DNA of 64,000 bases from Lachnospirales bacterium (GTDB taxonomy: Bacteria > Bacillota > Clostridia > Lachnospirales > CAMZNU01). Under the pieces are notes generated by a model. It had not been told where the DNA came from, made no database searches, and was given only the letters and a program-made list of their open reading frames with translations. The DNA lies in assembly GCA_047974375.1 (NCBI GenBank), contig JBKECF010000052.1, positions 61,694 to 125,693 of the forward strand. Reading direction: 5' to 3'. Numbering within the stretch: the stretch's first letter is position 1; every line of letters starts with the position of its first letter. Shown piece by piece: positions 10,239 to 20,854 of this stretch. Made by a program: the position numbers and the translations under genes.

Positions 10239-11444
10239 ATGAAAAATAATAATTTTGATAAAAAGTATGTGCAAGTGGCAATGCTTAGTTTTATTGTAAT
10301 AGTAGGGGCAATTATTTTTGGAGTAGCTTTATGGAATATTGAAATAGTAATGAAAAAGTTAAGTATAATAAAAAACTCTGCATTAAATATATTATCGCCA
10401 TTTTTTGTTGGGTTTTGTATTGCTTATTTATTAAATCCAGGAGTAAGAGAAACGGAAAAACTTTTTCAGAAAATGTTTTCTATTAAAAAAGAAAAAGTTT
10501 ATAGAGGGTTATCTATTTTACTTGTTTATTTTATTGCTTTTATTTTCTTTGCTATTTTAGTTACATCAATAGTGCCAAGTGTTGCCTATAGCATAGAGGA
10601 GATAGTAACTAAATTACCAAAAAATCTAGAGCTCTTACAACAGGAAATAAATACATTTTTAAACAATAACATGGTTGCAATTGGTAGTTTAACGGATTTT
10701 ATTAATAATATATCTCCTAGTAGTTTTACTTTTAATGATTTAGCAACGTACATATTAGCGCCAATAAACAACGTTTTATTAAATATACCAGAAATTGCCT
10801 CTAAGATTATAGTAGGAACTATAAATTTAGCTAGTATATTTTTTAAATTTATTTTAGGAATAGTTATTTCCGTGTATATGATATATGATAAGGAACATTT
10901 TTCAAATGTCCTTAAACGTATACTTTTTACCTTTACAAAGGAGAAGGTAGCAAGTAAAACAATGAAGTTAGCTCGTTTATCTAACTCAAAATTTGAAAGA
11001 TTTATAGTAGGGAAAACTATAGACTCTATTATAATAGGCACATTATTTTATGTAGCTTGTAAGTTGTTATCTATTGAATATGCAATGTTATTGGCGTTAA
11101 TAATTGCTATAACAAATATGATACCATATTTTGGACCTTTTATAGGGGCGGTTCCGGTTACTCTTATAGTTGCACTAACAAATTTAAGTGATGTAGTGCC
11201 TGTGATTATATTAATTATAATATTGCAACAATTTGATGGTATAATTTTAGGGCCTAAAATTTTAGGCGACTCAGTTGGGTTAAAGCCTATCAGCATTATA
11301 TTAGCTATTTTAGTAGGTGGAGGCCTTTTTGGTGCAGTGGGTATGTTTTTGGGAGCACCGATATTAGCTATTATTACTACAATAATTAGTGGAATAATGG
11401 ATATAAAGGAAAGAGGTAATAGTGTTGAAAAAAATAAGGTTTAA
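10239..11444 (+). CDS. AI-2E family transporter (PerM/YhhT-like permease)
   Basis: Multi-TM protein with the typical ...NMIPYFGPFIGAVP... and LGDSVGLKP segments. The ATG at 10239 follows GGAGG; the track start at 10218 is GTG. Confidence 0.8.
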   Translation: MKNNNFDKKYVQVAMLSFIVIVGAIIFGVALWNIEIVMKKLSIIKNSALNILSPFFVGFCIAYLLNPGVRETEKLFQKMFSIKKEKVYRGLSILLVYFIAFIFFAILVTSIVPSVAYSIEEIVTKLPKNLELLQQEINTFLNNNMVAIGSLTDFINNISPSSFTFNDLATYILAPINNVLLNIPEIASKIIVGTINLASIFFKFILGIVISVYMIYDKEHFSNVLKRILFTFTKEKVASKTMKLARLSNSKFERFIVGKTIDSIIIGTLFYVACKLLSIEYAMLLALIIAITNMIPYFGPFIGAVPVTLIVALTNLSDVVPVIILIIILQQFDGIILGPKILGDSVGLKPISIILAILVGGGLFGAVGMFLGAPILAIITTIISGIMDIKERGNSVEKNKV

Positions 11445-12321
11445 GAATACTACAAAAGGGAATATATTTTTTTTTAGTACATTCATATACGGAATTTTTT
11501 TAGCACCATTTTTGCTTTACTTCATTGTGTTATTTACGCCGATGATGGAAAATGATAATGTATTACAGTTAATGGCATCTAGTTTGGTTTTGACAGGGAT
11601 ACCGACAATTTTATACATTTCTTTAGGTAAAAGTGTAATTATTCCTTGTAAGCCTTTAAGCTTAAAAAACATAATATTAATTATTATATTCTCTTTAACA
11701 ATTTTGCCATTTTCTGGATTTATATCACATATAAGTACTCTTTTTGGCGAAAATGTTTCTGCTGAAATTATGATTGAATTAGAAAGAGTAAAATTTTTTC
11801 CTGGATTAATAGCAATTGCTGTTTTGCCAGCTGTTTTTGAAGAACTATTTATGCGTGGGATTATTCAAAATTTTTATATTAATGTTAAACCGAGTTACTT
11901 GTTCGTAATTAATGGATTTTTATTTGGTATTTTTCATGGGAATTTTCAACAGTTCTTTTATGCAATGATTTTAGGTATAGCTTTTTCTATGTTGGTTTAT
12001 TACACTAAATCGATATTTTCATCAATTTTGGCGCACTTCGTAGTAAATGGATCGCAGTTTGTGGTGATATATCCTATGCTTAACGCTAATACTGACTTAA
12101 TAGACGTAACAGATGAAATAACTGCGAGCTATATTGTAAGTGTTATTTTATTTACTATAGTAGCTATTTATGTGTTTAAAAAAATTTGTAGTACTTCATA
12201 TGATAATGAAAATAAATATTGTGTGAAATCTATTCAATCTTATGAGTCGCCATTTACAGCTAGTTTTTTTATTATGTCTATAGTAATAGTGTGTATTATC
12301 TTATTTTTTTCATATATTTAA
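11422..12321 (+). CDS. CPBP-family intramembrane glutamic endopeptidase (CAAX protease-like)
   Basis: Motifs EELFMRG, FGIFHG and HFVVNG in a polytopic membrane protein. The GTG start overlaps the upstream gene. Confidence 0.8.
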   Translation: MLKKIRFKNTTKGNIFFFSTFIYGIFLAPFLLYFIVLFTPMMENDNVLQLMASSLVLTGIPTILYISLGKSVIIPCKPLSLKNIILIIIFSLTILPFSGFISHISTLFGENVSAEIMIELERVKFFPGLIAIAVLPAVFEELFMRGIIQNFYINVKPSYLFVINGFLFGIFHGNFQQFFYAMILGIAFSMLVYYTKSIFSSILAHFVVNGSQFVVIYPMLNANTDLIDVTDEITASYIVSVILFTIVAIYVFKKICSTSYDNENKYCVKSIQSYESPFTASFFIMSIVIVCIILFFSYI

Positions 12322-12348
12322 GGAAGTATATAGAAATAATAAAAATTA

Positions 12349-12386
12349 GCCCTAACCAAAGTTTCAAAATTACGTTTGGATAGGGC
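12349..12386. terminator. Bidirectional terminator
   Basis: gccctaaccaaa / tttggatagggc arms between convergent stops. Confidence 0.6.
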
Positions 12387-12391
12387 AATTA

Positions 12392-12769
12392 TTATGTTAT
12401 ATCTGTTTTACGTAAGTATAGTCCTTCTGTAGTAGTAAGATTCTTAACTAGGGATAAGTTATTGAAGATAAAGCAACCTAAGCTAAAGCCTGATATATCT
12501 AAAATTATATCGAGGGTTGTAAAATAAATTGTGATATCACAATAGTCCTTTAAAGATAGGTTTATAAGGTATATAAATAAATTTAAAGTCATTTGGTTAA
12601 GTTTATGAGTGTAAGAGTATCTATGTGTTTTTTTATTTTCAATAAAGCTATTCTTATCAAAAGTAAATCCCACAATTGTGTTTTCTGCAAATTCATCAAG
12701 TTCAAAAAAAATACTACTACAGAAATATACACCATTATCGTAGCCGGCTAGCGTAAATATTATTTTCAT
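12392..12769 (-). CDS. Hypothetical protein; possibly the 3' part of a gene interrupted by an in-frame TAA (see findings)
   Basis: 125-aa ORF. The same frame stays open upstream to an ATG at 12964 except for one TAA at 12821-12823. Confidence 0.4.
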   Translation of the reverse strand: MKIIFTLAGYDNGVYFCSSIFFELDEFAENTIVGFTFDKNSFIENKKTHRYSYTHKLNQMTLNLFIYLINLSLKDYCDITIYFTTLDIILDISGFSLGCFIFNNLSLVKNLTTTEGLYLRKTDIT

Positions 12770-13010
12770 AAATGCATCTGAGTAGTATTCATAGTTGAAA
12801 TTGTTAAATGTAAATCTGTTTTAGGTATCCTTAAAGTAGTTATTTAATTCGCTGTGATTAGTCTGGCAATCTAGTTGGAAAAAATTAGTATAAATCATAG
12901 CATTGTTCATTGTCACGGGTAATATATCTATTCGGTAATAGTATTTACTTAGTGTCTCTGCCATTTTTATCTAGAGATGCCTGTCTTTTACCTTTTTATC
13001 TTTGAGTTTC

Positions 13011-13925
13011 TTATTTATTTTTTTTATTTAATGAACCTTCTAAATGAGCCTCGCGTATATAATATGCAGTTTCATAAATATTATGTTTATTCCATAACTC
13101 TTCAAGTTTGTCAAAGTTTTTAAGAATTTCTTCTTTATTATTTAAGGATAGTGCAACTAATAGACCATTTATTATTGTCATGGGACCAACTAAACTATCT
13201 ACAACAGAAATCATGTCACTTTTGGCTAATAACATATAGTCTGATAGTTTGGCTACAGGAGCAAGGCTGCTGTCTGTAAGAGATATGGTTGTCATGCCAA
13301 TGCTTTTTGCGTACTCAAGCCCTTGAATAGTTCTGCGACTATATCTAGGGAAACTAATACAGAAACATAAAGAATCTGTACCGCCCTTTATTAATTGTTC
13401 GAAAATTTCTGCTTTACTACCGATTTCAACAAATTCAACATCAAATAACATAAGATTTAAATAAAAATACATAAAGCTACCTAGAGCTGATGAACTTCGA
13501 CCTGCTAAAATATAAATTTTTTTAGCTTTTGTCATTTGCTTTACAACATTATCAAATTCATCGTAATTTACCTCATTTAATGTTTTATGTATTCTATCTG
13601 CGTCACGTTCCATTATTATTCTTAGAGGGTGTTTGTTTTTATTTTGAGTGCGTTCAGCTGTAAGTTCCATTCTTTGTCGTGGAGTTAATTCGCTTTTTAC
13701 AATTTCTTCCAAAGCTTTCTGGAACCTGGGATATCCATCGTAACCTAATTCTATTGCAAACCTTACTACTGTTGACTCGCTTACTCCAACAACGTCAGAC
13801 AATTTTGCAGCTGTTAAGTATACAGATTTTTCATAGTGTTCAAGTAAATAATTTGCTATTTTTTTTTGTCCTTTACTAAAATCTTCCATATGGTGATTGA
13901 TTCTTGCTAATAGATTTTTTTCCAT
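13011..13925 (-). CDS. MurR/RpiR-family transcriptional regulator (HTH + SIS domain)
   Basis: N-terminal ...AAKLSDVVGVSESTVVRFAIELGYDGYPRFQ (HTH_6), plus a SIS-like C-terminal half. Confidence 0.85.
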   Translation of the reverse strand: MEKNLLARINHHMEDFSKGQKKIANYLLEHYEKSVYLTAAKLSDVVGVSESTVVRFAIELGYDGYPRFQKALEEIVKSELTPRQRMELTAERTQNKNKHPLRIIMERDADRIHKTLNEVNYDEFDNVVKQMTKAKKIYILAGRSSSALGSFMYFYLNLMLFDVEFVEIGSKAEIFEQLIKGGTDSLCFCISFPRYSRRTIQGLEYAKSIGMTTISLTDSSLAPVAKLSDYMLLAKSDMISVVDSLVGPMTIINGLLVALSLNNKEEILKNFDKLEELWNKHNIYETAYYIREAHLEGSLNKKNK

Positions 13926-13927
13926 AA

Positions 13928-14638
13928 TTACCTCTCTATATATTTATTTTTTAACAGAAAATTCTTTGCACTATTTTGCTCAGCTTCTTTTTTAGTTTTA
14001 CCTATACCTGTACCTATTATTTTATTATTATGTAAGGCATTAACAGTGAAAATTTTTTTATGAGCTGGCCCTTCTTCTTTAATTATTTCATATGTAGTTG
14101 GGACTTGACTTTTTGCTTGTATTATTTCTTGTAAAAAAGTTTTATAGTCTTGTATTTCAAAGGAACTTTCAATAGCTTTTATGTAGCCTTGAAATAGTGA
14201 GATGATTATTTTTTGTACATTGGCAAAATCTGAATCTAAATACACAGCGCCAATTGATGCTTCAAATAAGTCTGCTAAAATTGAATCTCTTTCATTACCA
14301 CCATTTAAACGTTCTCCTTTACCGAGTTTTAGATACTTACCTAAGTTTAATTGGCGACTCATTTTTGCGAATGACTCTTCACATACAACTACTGCTCTAT
14401 ATTTACTAAGTTGACCTTCTGTTAAGTTGGGATAGTTTTTATATAAATAATCACTAATAACTAATTCTAGTACCGCATCACCTAAAAACTCTAGTCTTTC
14501 ATTTGAAAATAATTGATTAATATTTCTTTCATTTGCATATGAACTATGAGTAAAGGCTTCGTGAATTAGTTTTTTATTTTTAAAAGTATAACCAAATATA
14601 TTTTCTTCGGGCATTTTTTGCCTCCTTTTGGTATGCAT
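13928..14638 (-). CDS. rnc: Ribonuclease III
   Basis: RNase III signature NERLEFLGDAVLE and a C-terminal dsRBD (..GPAHKKIFTV...GIGKTKKEAEQNSA). The true start may be the internal M at MPEEN. Confidence 0.93.
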   Translation of the reverse strand: MHTKRRQKMPEENIFGYTFKNKKLIHEAFTHSSYANERNINQLFSNERLEFLGDAVLELVISDYLYKNYPNLTEGQLSKYRAVVVCEESFAKMSRQLNLGKYLKLGKGERLNGGNERDSILADLFEASIGAVYLDSDFANVQKIIISLFQGYIKAIESSFEIQDYKTFLQEIIQAKSQVPTTYEIIKEEGPAHKKIFTVNALHNNKIIGTGIGKTKKEAEQNSAKNFLLKNKYIER

Positions 14639-14839
14639 TTTATTGGATAATCATTTTTTTATAAAGTGATTTTTTTAAAAGAAGAAATTGCATATTTACT
14701 ATATTTTTACATGAAAAATAGTAAATAAAAACAATTCCTAACAAAATGCAGGAAATGTTTTGGGAAAAATTATTTAACTTAATTGCTAAATATAGCAAAG
14801 AATTTTATTAAAATCTTTGCTATATTTAAAAAATTGCTA

Positions 14840-15073
14840 TTACTCAGCAGTAGCTTCCTCGATAAATTTAACTGCATCACCAACGGTTTTAATTTTTTCA
14901 GTATCGTCAGCGGAGAATTCGATGTCATATTCTTCTTCTAATTCAGAGATTATTTCAAATAAATCTAAAGAGTCAGCTCCTAAATCTTCCTCGAAAGTTG
15001 TTTCAGCTGTAATTTCTTCAACATCTACACTTAATTGTTCTGTAACGATTTCTACTATCTTGTCATATACCAT
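14840..15073 (-). CDS. acpP: Acyl carrier protein
   Basis: 77 aa, acidic, with the phosphopantetheine site LGADSLDLFEII. Confidence 0.92.
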   Translation of the reverse strand: MVYDKIVEIVTEQLSVDVEEITAETTFEEDLGADSLDLFEIISELEEEYDIEFSADDTEKIKTVGDAVKFIEEATAE

Positions 15074-15188
15074 TTTTAAACACTCCTAAACTTTTATGAT
15101 TTATATTACACAACTAATATACTAAATAGCTGTAAAATATACAAGTATTTTTTGATTTAATTTTAAACATATTTATTCTAAACTACAA

Positions 15189-16571
15189 TTAGCTAACATA
15201 ATTAAATGGATTTTGAGTTTTACCATTAACACGTACTTCGAAATGAATATGGTTCCCAGTGCTTCTGCCTGTTGAACCAACTTTGGCAATAGTCTGTCCT
15301 TGAGCTACTCTCTCTCCTACAGAAACGGTTAATTTGCTATTATGTCCGTAGTAAGTTTGATACCCATTTTCATGATCGATAATAACAAGATAACCGTATC
15401 CTCGCATCCAACCTGCATGCTTAACTACTCCTCCGTCGGAGGCAATAACATTTGTTCCGTAAGGTAGTGCAATATCAACACCTGCATGTCTACCACCTCT
15501 GGTTTTATAGGTGTCGCTTAATCTCCCGCGTGATTTACAAGGATATATAAAGGAGCCTAAAGCTTTTTTAGGTGGAATTTTAGCAGTGCCAATTTCCATA
15601 ACTGTGGCACTAGGCTCTACTAAAATTTTTTCTTCCAAAGTAGTTATGTTTGATTCTATGCCATTTACTTTTGTAACTTTTTCCGTTACTTCCCTTACAC
15701 CAGATTTGCCCTCTGTTATTAGTTTTGAATATGTAACATATTCATTGGGGTTTTCAATAAACTCTATAGGCGATTCGGCTTCAGTTTCGTAAGTGACTAT
15801 GTCTGTAGTTTCAACTGATATAAAAGGGACAGCCTTTGAAAGAGTTAAAGTATCGTCAATATGGATTAAGTCATCTTCTGTTAAGTTATTTAAAGCTAGC
15901 ACATCATCAATTACTAAATTGTTCTCTTGTGCAATATCCCATATAGTGTCATTTTCCTGCACAATATAAGACACTTCCTTTTTTTTATTTGATGAAAGAA
16001 TATTTTTTATTTCAGCGGTATTTTTAACATCATCTTCGTCAATGTACTTCTCGTTGTATTGAATATCTTCAATAGCGTCTGCAGCTATTGAATTTTCTGT
16101 TTTATATTTAGCTTCTAATTCATTAACATAGCTTTCTATAGAGGTGTAATCTTCTATATACCCTAAGGGCTCGTTATCAACTACAACTTCATAGGCTTTT
16201 ATATCATAAAAATCATTATTATTAAAAGCTTCAACTATTTCATTTTCATTACTAAGGTTTGTTTTGGATGCCTTAGTAGTATTAATTTCAACTGTATTTT
16301 CTAGGCTGATGTCTTTTTTTATAGATTTGCTAACTTCATTTTGTATCGTAGTTAACAGTTGCTCCTCTGACTCATAGTCAATAGATGAAACATTTCCTAT
16401 TACCTCATTATTGGCCACAATTTCAAAGGCATCCTTTGGTATTAAATTGTCTGCTAATGTTATAAATGCATTTGAGACAAAAATAACTGACATAGATACT
16501 CCAAAGAAAGTACCGATTTGTATTATATGACTTTTATTATATGATTTAATTAGCGGTGAAGATCTTAACAT
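15189..16571 (-). CDS. Membrane-anchored M23 (LytM) peptidase with LysM-like domain
   Basis: N-terminal TM helix. YIVQENDTIWDIAQENNL..LNNL is LysM-like. C-terminal HAGVDIA...GNHIHFEV are the M23 zinc motifs. Confidence 0.85.
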   Translation of the reverse strand: MLRSSPLIKSYNKSHIIQIGTFFGVSMSVIFVSNAFITLADNLIPKDAFEIVANNEVIGNVSSIDYESEEQLLTTIQNEVSKSIKKDISLENTVEINTTKASKTNLSNENEIVEAFNNNDFYDIKAYEVVVDNEPLGYIEDYTSIESYVNELEAKYKTENSIAADAIEDIQYNEKYIDEDDVKNTAEIKNILSSNKKKEVSYIVQENDTIWDIAQENNLVIDDVLALNNLTEDDLIHIDDTLTLSKAVPFISVETTDIVTYETEAESPIEFIENPNEYVTYSKLITEGKSGVREVTEKVTKVNGIESNITTLEEKILVEPSATVMEIGTAKIPPKKALGSFIYPCKSRGRLSDTYKTRGGRHAGVDIALPYGTNVIASDGGVVKHAGWMRGYGYLVIIDHENGYQTYYGHNSKLTVSVGERVAQGQTIAKVGSTGRSTGNHIHFEVRVNGKTQNPFNYVS

Positions 16572-16824
16572 TAATTATTTCCTCCTGAACAAAAATAATT
16601 AAACTTTCTAGGATTTTTGCCTGTGAGAAAGAATATTATTTTAGAATATTACATTTTTGTTACAAAAGTATTCTATACTACTAATGGAAGAAAATCAATA
16701 TAAAATTTTAAATTAATAGAATAGGCTGTTTAAGGGCTTTAAAATATGTAACAGATGGCATATGTGCCGTGCAGGATGAAAGATTATAGGATTTAATATT
16801 TGTAATATTTTGTTAATAATAGTA

Positions 16825-16869
16825 AAAACCTTTATAAAGACACGTCATTAAGTGCTTTACAAAGGTTTT
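16825..16869 (-). terminator. Rho-independent terminator of the 16875-17792 gene
   Basis: aaaacctttataaag / ctttacaaaggtttt arms, with a T-run on the minus strand. Confidence 0.7.
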
Positions 16870-16874
16870 TGATT

Positions 16875-17792
16875 TTATCTTGTGCCACGTTTAATTTCAA
16901 CTGATTTTCCTGTTTTTGCATCATAAAGAAGAATTTCAACATCATTTACTTTTGTAATGTTATTATTTTCATCTGTATAAACTTTCTTAATAATTACTTT
17001 TACAAAATCGTCGTTTTGTAAAATAATTTTATAGTTAACACTAAAAGAGTTATTAGAGGTATCGTAGATATCATTTAATTTTGTGATTATTTGCTCAGAT
17101 ATAATTGGAGAAACTTCTTCGTTAGTAAGTTTGCTTATTGTAGTTTCTACTGAATTATCTGATGGGTTGAATTCAGAAAATTCATCTAGAGTTGGTACGG
17201 TAGGTGTAATTGGCTCATATTTGTCTAAATCCCTTTCGCCATTTGGTTGACTATCCGTATCAAGTGCAGGCATAGTAGGTGTAATCGTTTCATATTTATC
17301 CATATCCCTTTCACCGTTAAGATTAACATCTGTATTTTCTTGTTTAGATATATCTTCAGTAGGCTTACTAGGGTCTACTACAGGCACTTCAAATAGCATT
17401 GTACCAAATTCTTCAGGTATATAAGCGTTGTTATCTACAATTATTGTGGAATTCTCTAGTTCTACAATTTTTGGATCAGAGCCATTAATATTTGAATAAT
17501 ATTTTTTAGATCCAACGGTTGCTTTGAATTCGTTTGAGGCTTTGGTAAATATAACTGCCTTGTTGTTTTTATCCCATGTTATTTCATAACCAAGTTGTTC
17601 GCCGTATGGTCGAGCCATAACATACAAAGCTTCTTCTTCTGTATTTTCTTCTGCTATTTTTAAAGTTGTTATATTACTTTGTAAACTTATGCCTTCTACG
17701 ACACCCAGCTCAGGTTTAGCTGGGCTTTCTGCAAAAATAAGGGTGCTCATTAACATTGTTGCACCTAAAGTTAAAATTGAAAATTTTTTCAT
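16875..17792 (-). CDS. Secreted protein with copper-amine-oxidase-N-terminal-like (stalk) domain and an internal tandem repeat
   Basis: Signal peptide MKKFSILTLGATMLMSTLIFA. The YVMARPYGEQLGYEITWDKNNKAVIF pattern is typical of CuAO_N-like domains. NGERD(M/L)DKYE(T/P)ITPT(M/V)P(A/T)LD is repeated twice. Confidence 0.6.
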   Translation of the reverse strand: MKKFSILTLGATMLMSTLIFAESPAKPELGVVEGISLQSNITTLKIAEENTEEEALYVMARPYGEQLGYEITWDKNNKAVIFTKASNEFKATVGSKKYYSNINGSDPKIVELENSTIIVDNNAYIPEEFGTMLFEVPVVDPSKPTEDISKQENTDVNLNGERDMDKYETITPTMPALDTDSQPNGERDLDKYEPITPTVPTLDEFSEFNPSDNSVETTISKLTNEEVSPIISEQIITKLNDIYDTSNNSFSVNYKIILQNDDFVKVIIKKVYTDENNNITKVNDVEILLYDAKTGKSVEIKRGTR

Positions 17793-18002
17793 AATGTTTT
17801 TCCTCCTAAATATATTAAATTTATTTAAGTAAATATTTTTTATTTTTTACTTATTATATAATATCGCATATTTTTAAAAAAAGTTCCAATTTTAAAAAAA
17901 TAAAAACTTTTATAAATCTAAAATGTGATATATATCATTTTAAAAAAAATATTTTGTAGTAAAATTAAATTGTATAAAAAATAACGAATGGAAGGTGAAA
18001 AA

Positions 18003-19004
18003 ATGGGTTTTAAATTAAAAGCTGGAGAGTTTAATGAAACTTTAAACAAATTAAAAAAAGATTATATTATTTATGCGCCAAAGTTATTAAAAGGAATGGG
18101 ATGTTTTTCTGATACGGATTTAGTTGGATATAGGGAGATATCGAAGGTGGAAGAAATTGAGTTTAATGTCAAATCTGAATTTTCTTTTAAAGAGGTATTA
18201 CTACCTATTAGCCAAACATTATTTTATTTTACAGAAAATAAAACTACAGAACCTGAAATGAGAAGTAAAGGTGCAATTATTTTTTTGAGAAGCTGTGATT
18301 TACATAGCGTAAAAAGGCTAGATGAAATATATTTAAATAATGGACCTGAGGATTTTTATTATTCAAAATTGAGAGAAAATGTAAAATTTGTAATTATGGA
18401 TTGTAACGAAAGTTTTGAGAATTGTTTTTGTGTAGATATGGGTACAAACATAAGTGAGGATTATGATTTTAGCTTAACCTTAAGGCATGATAACATTTTC
18501 ATCAATAGCAAGTGGTGTGTACTTACTGACTTATTAAAGAATTATGAAGAATTTACTGTTAGTCCTAAATTTGTTTCGGAGAACAAAATTAATGTTAATT
18601 TGCCAGAAGAAGTAGACTTATCTCTTTTTGAGTCGGAAATATGGGATGAATATAATTCAAGATGCATATCTTGCGGAAGATGTAATTTTGTATGCCCAAC
18701 TTGTACTTGTTATACAATGCAAGACATATTTTATGAAGATAATGGGAAAGTAGGGGAGAGAAGAAGAGTTTGGTCATCTTGTCATGTCGATGGTTACACA
18801 TGTATGGCTGGTGGTCATAGTTTTAGGGATAAAAAATCGCAACGTATGCGTTTTAAAGTTTTACATAAAGTTTATGATTATAAAAAGCGTTTTGGCTATC
18901 ATATGTGCACTGGCTGCGGAAGATGCGATGATGTCTGCCCAGAATATATTTCTTTTTCCAATTCTGTGAATAAATTAACAAAAGCTACGAAGGAGGTAAA
19001 ATGA
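18003..19004 (+). CDS. asrA: Anaerobic sulfite reductase subunit A
   Basis: Cys clusters CISCGRCNFVCPTCTC and CTGCGRCDDVCP, and operon context with asrB/asrC. The ATG at 18003 has a better RBS than the track start at 17988. Confidence 0.85.
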   Translation: MGFKLKAGEFNETLNKLKKDYIIYAPKLLKGMGCFSDTDLVGYREISKVEEIEFNVKSEFSFKEVLLPISQTLFYFTENKTTEPEMRSKGAIIFLRSCDLHSVKRLDEIYLNNGPEDFYYSKLRENVKFVIMDCNESFENCFCVDMGTNISEDYDFSLTLRHDNIFINSKWCVLTDLLKNYEEFTVSPKFVSENKINVNLPEEVDLSLFESEIWDEYNSRCISCGRCNFVCPTCTCYTMQDIFYEDNGKVGERRRVWSSCHVDGYTCMAGGHSFRDKKSQRMRFKVLHKVYDYKKRFGYHMCTGCGRCDDVCPEYISFSNSVNKLTKATKEVK

Positions 19005-19795
19005 TGAAAAATGAATATATACCTTTCAAATCTGAAATATTAGAGATTATACAGCATACAGAAATAGAATATACCTTCAGAATGTCTTTTGTTGGATCTA
19101 TTAAGCCAGGGCAGTTTTTTGAAGTATCTTTGCCGAAATTTGGGGAAGCACCCATATCTGTAAGTGGTATAACAGATAAATCTGTGGACTTAACAATCAG
19201 AAAAGTAGGCCATGTAACTAATGAAATATTTGAGCATGGTGTGGGTGAAAAGCTATTAATGAGAGGTCCATATGGTAATGGTTTCGATATTGATATTTAT
19301 AAAAATAAAGAAATCGTCATAATAGCTGGTGGAACAGGTGTATCGCCGGTGAAAGGCGTTATAGACTATTTTTCGGAAAATATTAATGAGTGTAAAAAAG
19401 CAACGTTAATTGCAGGGTTTAAGGGAACTCACGATATTCTATTTAAGGACGATTTTAAAAAGTGGGAAAAAAATTTAGATGTAACCTTAACAATTGACAA
19501 AGAAGAGGAAGGTTACAAAGGTAATACAGGTTTAGTAACTACCTACATTCCAAATTTAAATATAAATAATATGGATGATGCTGTAGCAATAGTAGTTGGC
19601 CCTCCAATTATGATGGGATTTGCTACAAAGGCGCTTTTAAAGTTTGGCTTGAAAGAAGAACAAATTTGGGTTTCTCAAGAAAGAAAAATGTGTTGTGGAA
19701 TAGGGAAATGTGGTCATTGTAAGATAAATGACAAATATGTATGTCTAGATGGGCCCGTATTTAATTACGTTGATAATAAATCATTAATAGATTAA
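19001..19795 (+). CDS. asrB: Anaerobic sulfite reductase subunit B (FAD/NAD-binding, 2Fe-2S)
   Basis: Ferredoxin-reductase-like fold (GGTGVSP) and C-terminal CCGIGKCGHCKI...C cluster. Start overlaps the asrA stop. Confidence 0.85.
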   Translation: MMKNEYIPFKSEILEIIQHTEIEYTFRMSFVGSIKPGQFFEVSLPKFGEAPISVSGITDKSVDLTIRKVGHVTNEIFEHGVGEKLLMRGPYGNGFDIDIYKNKEIVIIAGGTGVSPVKGVIDYFSENINECKKATLIAGFKGTHDILFKDDFKKWEKNLDVTLTIDKEEEGYKGNTGLVTTYIPNLNINNMDDAVAIVVGPPIMMGFATKALLKFGLKEEQIWVSQERKMCCGIGKCGHCKINDKYVCLDGPVFNYVDNKSLID

Positions 19796-19808
19796 TGAGG
19801 AGGAAATT

Positions 19809-20813
19809 ATGGATATAAATACAAAAAAACTTAAAAAGAATGCATATAGAATAACGAAACATAGGAATATTACTTCTTCTAGAATACGTGTGCCAGGTGG
19901 ATATTTAACCACGGAAGTTTTGAGTATGATTCAAGATATAGCAAATAAATATGGTGACGGAACTTTGCATATAACTACTAGGCAGGGTTTCGAAATTTTA
20001 AATATTCCAATGGAAAAAGTTGATGAAGTAAATTTAAAATTACAAAAGTTAATAGAAAAACTAAATATAAATCAATATGATGAAGATAGGAATAAAGGAT
20101 ACTCAGCAGCGGGTACAAGAAATATTGCTGCATGTGTTGGAAACAAGGCATGTCCTTATGCCTGTTACGAAACTACAGGATTTGCAAAAAGGATTGAAAA
20201 ATCTATTTTTCCACATGATTTGCATTTCAAAGTAGCTTTAACAGGGTGCCCTAATGATTGTATTAAAGCTAGAACAAATGACTTTGGGATCTTTGGAATG
20301 ACTAAGCCGGTTTATGACAAAGATAGATGTGTTACATGTGAAGCTTGTGTAAATGCTTGTAGACGAAAAGCCACAGAAGCTCTGAGCATGGTTAATGGTA
20401 AGGTTAAAAGGGATAAAAGTAAATGTATTGGCTGTGGTGAATGCGTGCTTAATTGCCCAACAGCAGCTTGGACTAGAGATAGAAAAAAATATTATCGCTT
20501 AGCTATAATGGGTAGAACTGGGAAGAAAAATCCGAGATTAGCAGAAGATTTTTTAATTTGGGCTGATGAGGAAAGCATAATAAAAGTAATAATGAATACC
20601 TATAAATATGTAGCTGAACATATTGATGGCAATTCTCCAGGGGGGAAAGAACATATTGGTTATATAGTTGATAGAACAGGATTTAAAGAATATAAAAAAT
20701 GGGCATTAGAAGATGTAAAAATGTCAGCAGACACCATTGAGAGAGAGAATATAAATTGGGGTGGTATACATTACAATACCAATAGAAGTAATTCTTATAG
20801 TAATTATGAGTAA
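19809..20813 (+). CDS. asrC: Anaerobic sulfite reductase subunit C (siroheme/4Fe-4S)
   Basis: Nitrite/sulfite reductase ferredoxin-like half-domain, CVGNKACPYAC..., GCPNDC, and two CxxCxxCxxxCP ferredoxin motifs. Confidence 0.85.
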   Translation: MDINTKKLKKNAYRITKHRNITSSRIRVPGGYLTTEVLSMIQDIANKYGDGTLHITTRQGFEILNIPMEKVDEVNLKLQKLIEKLNINQYDEDRNKGYSAAGTRNIAACVGNKACPYACYETTGFAKRIEKSIFPHDLHFKVALTGCPNDCIKARTNDFGIFGMTKPVYDKDRCVTCEACVNACRRKATEALSMVNGKVKRDKSKCIGCGECVLNCPTAAWTRDRKKYYRLAIMGRTGKKNPRLAEDFLIWADEESIIKVIMNTYKYVAEHIDGNSPGGKEHIGYIVDRTGFKEYKKWALEDVKMSADTIERENINWGGIHYNTNRSNSYSNYE

Positions 20814-20854
20814 ATTTTATAAGTGTGGAGATATTTTTAATTTTTAATATTTTA

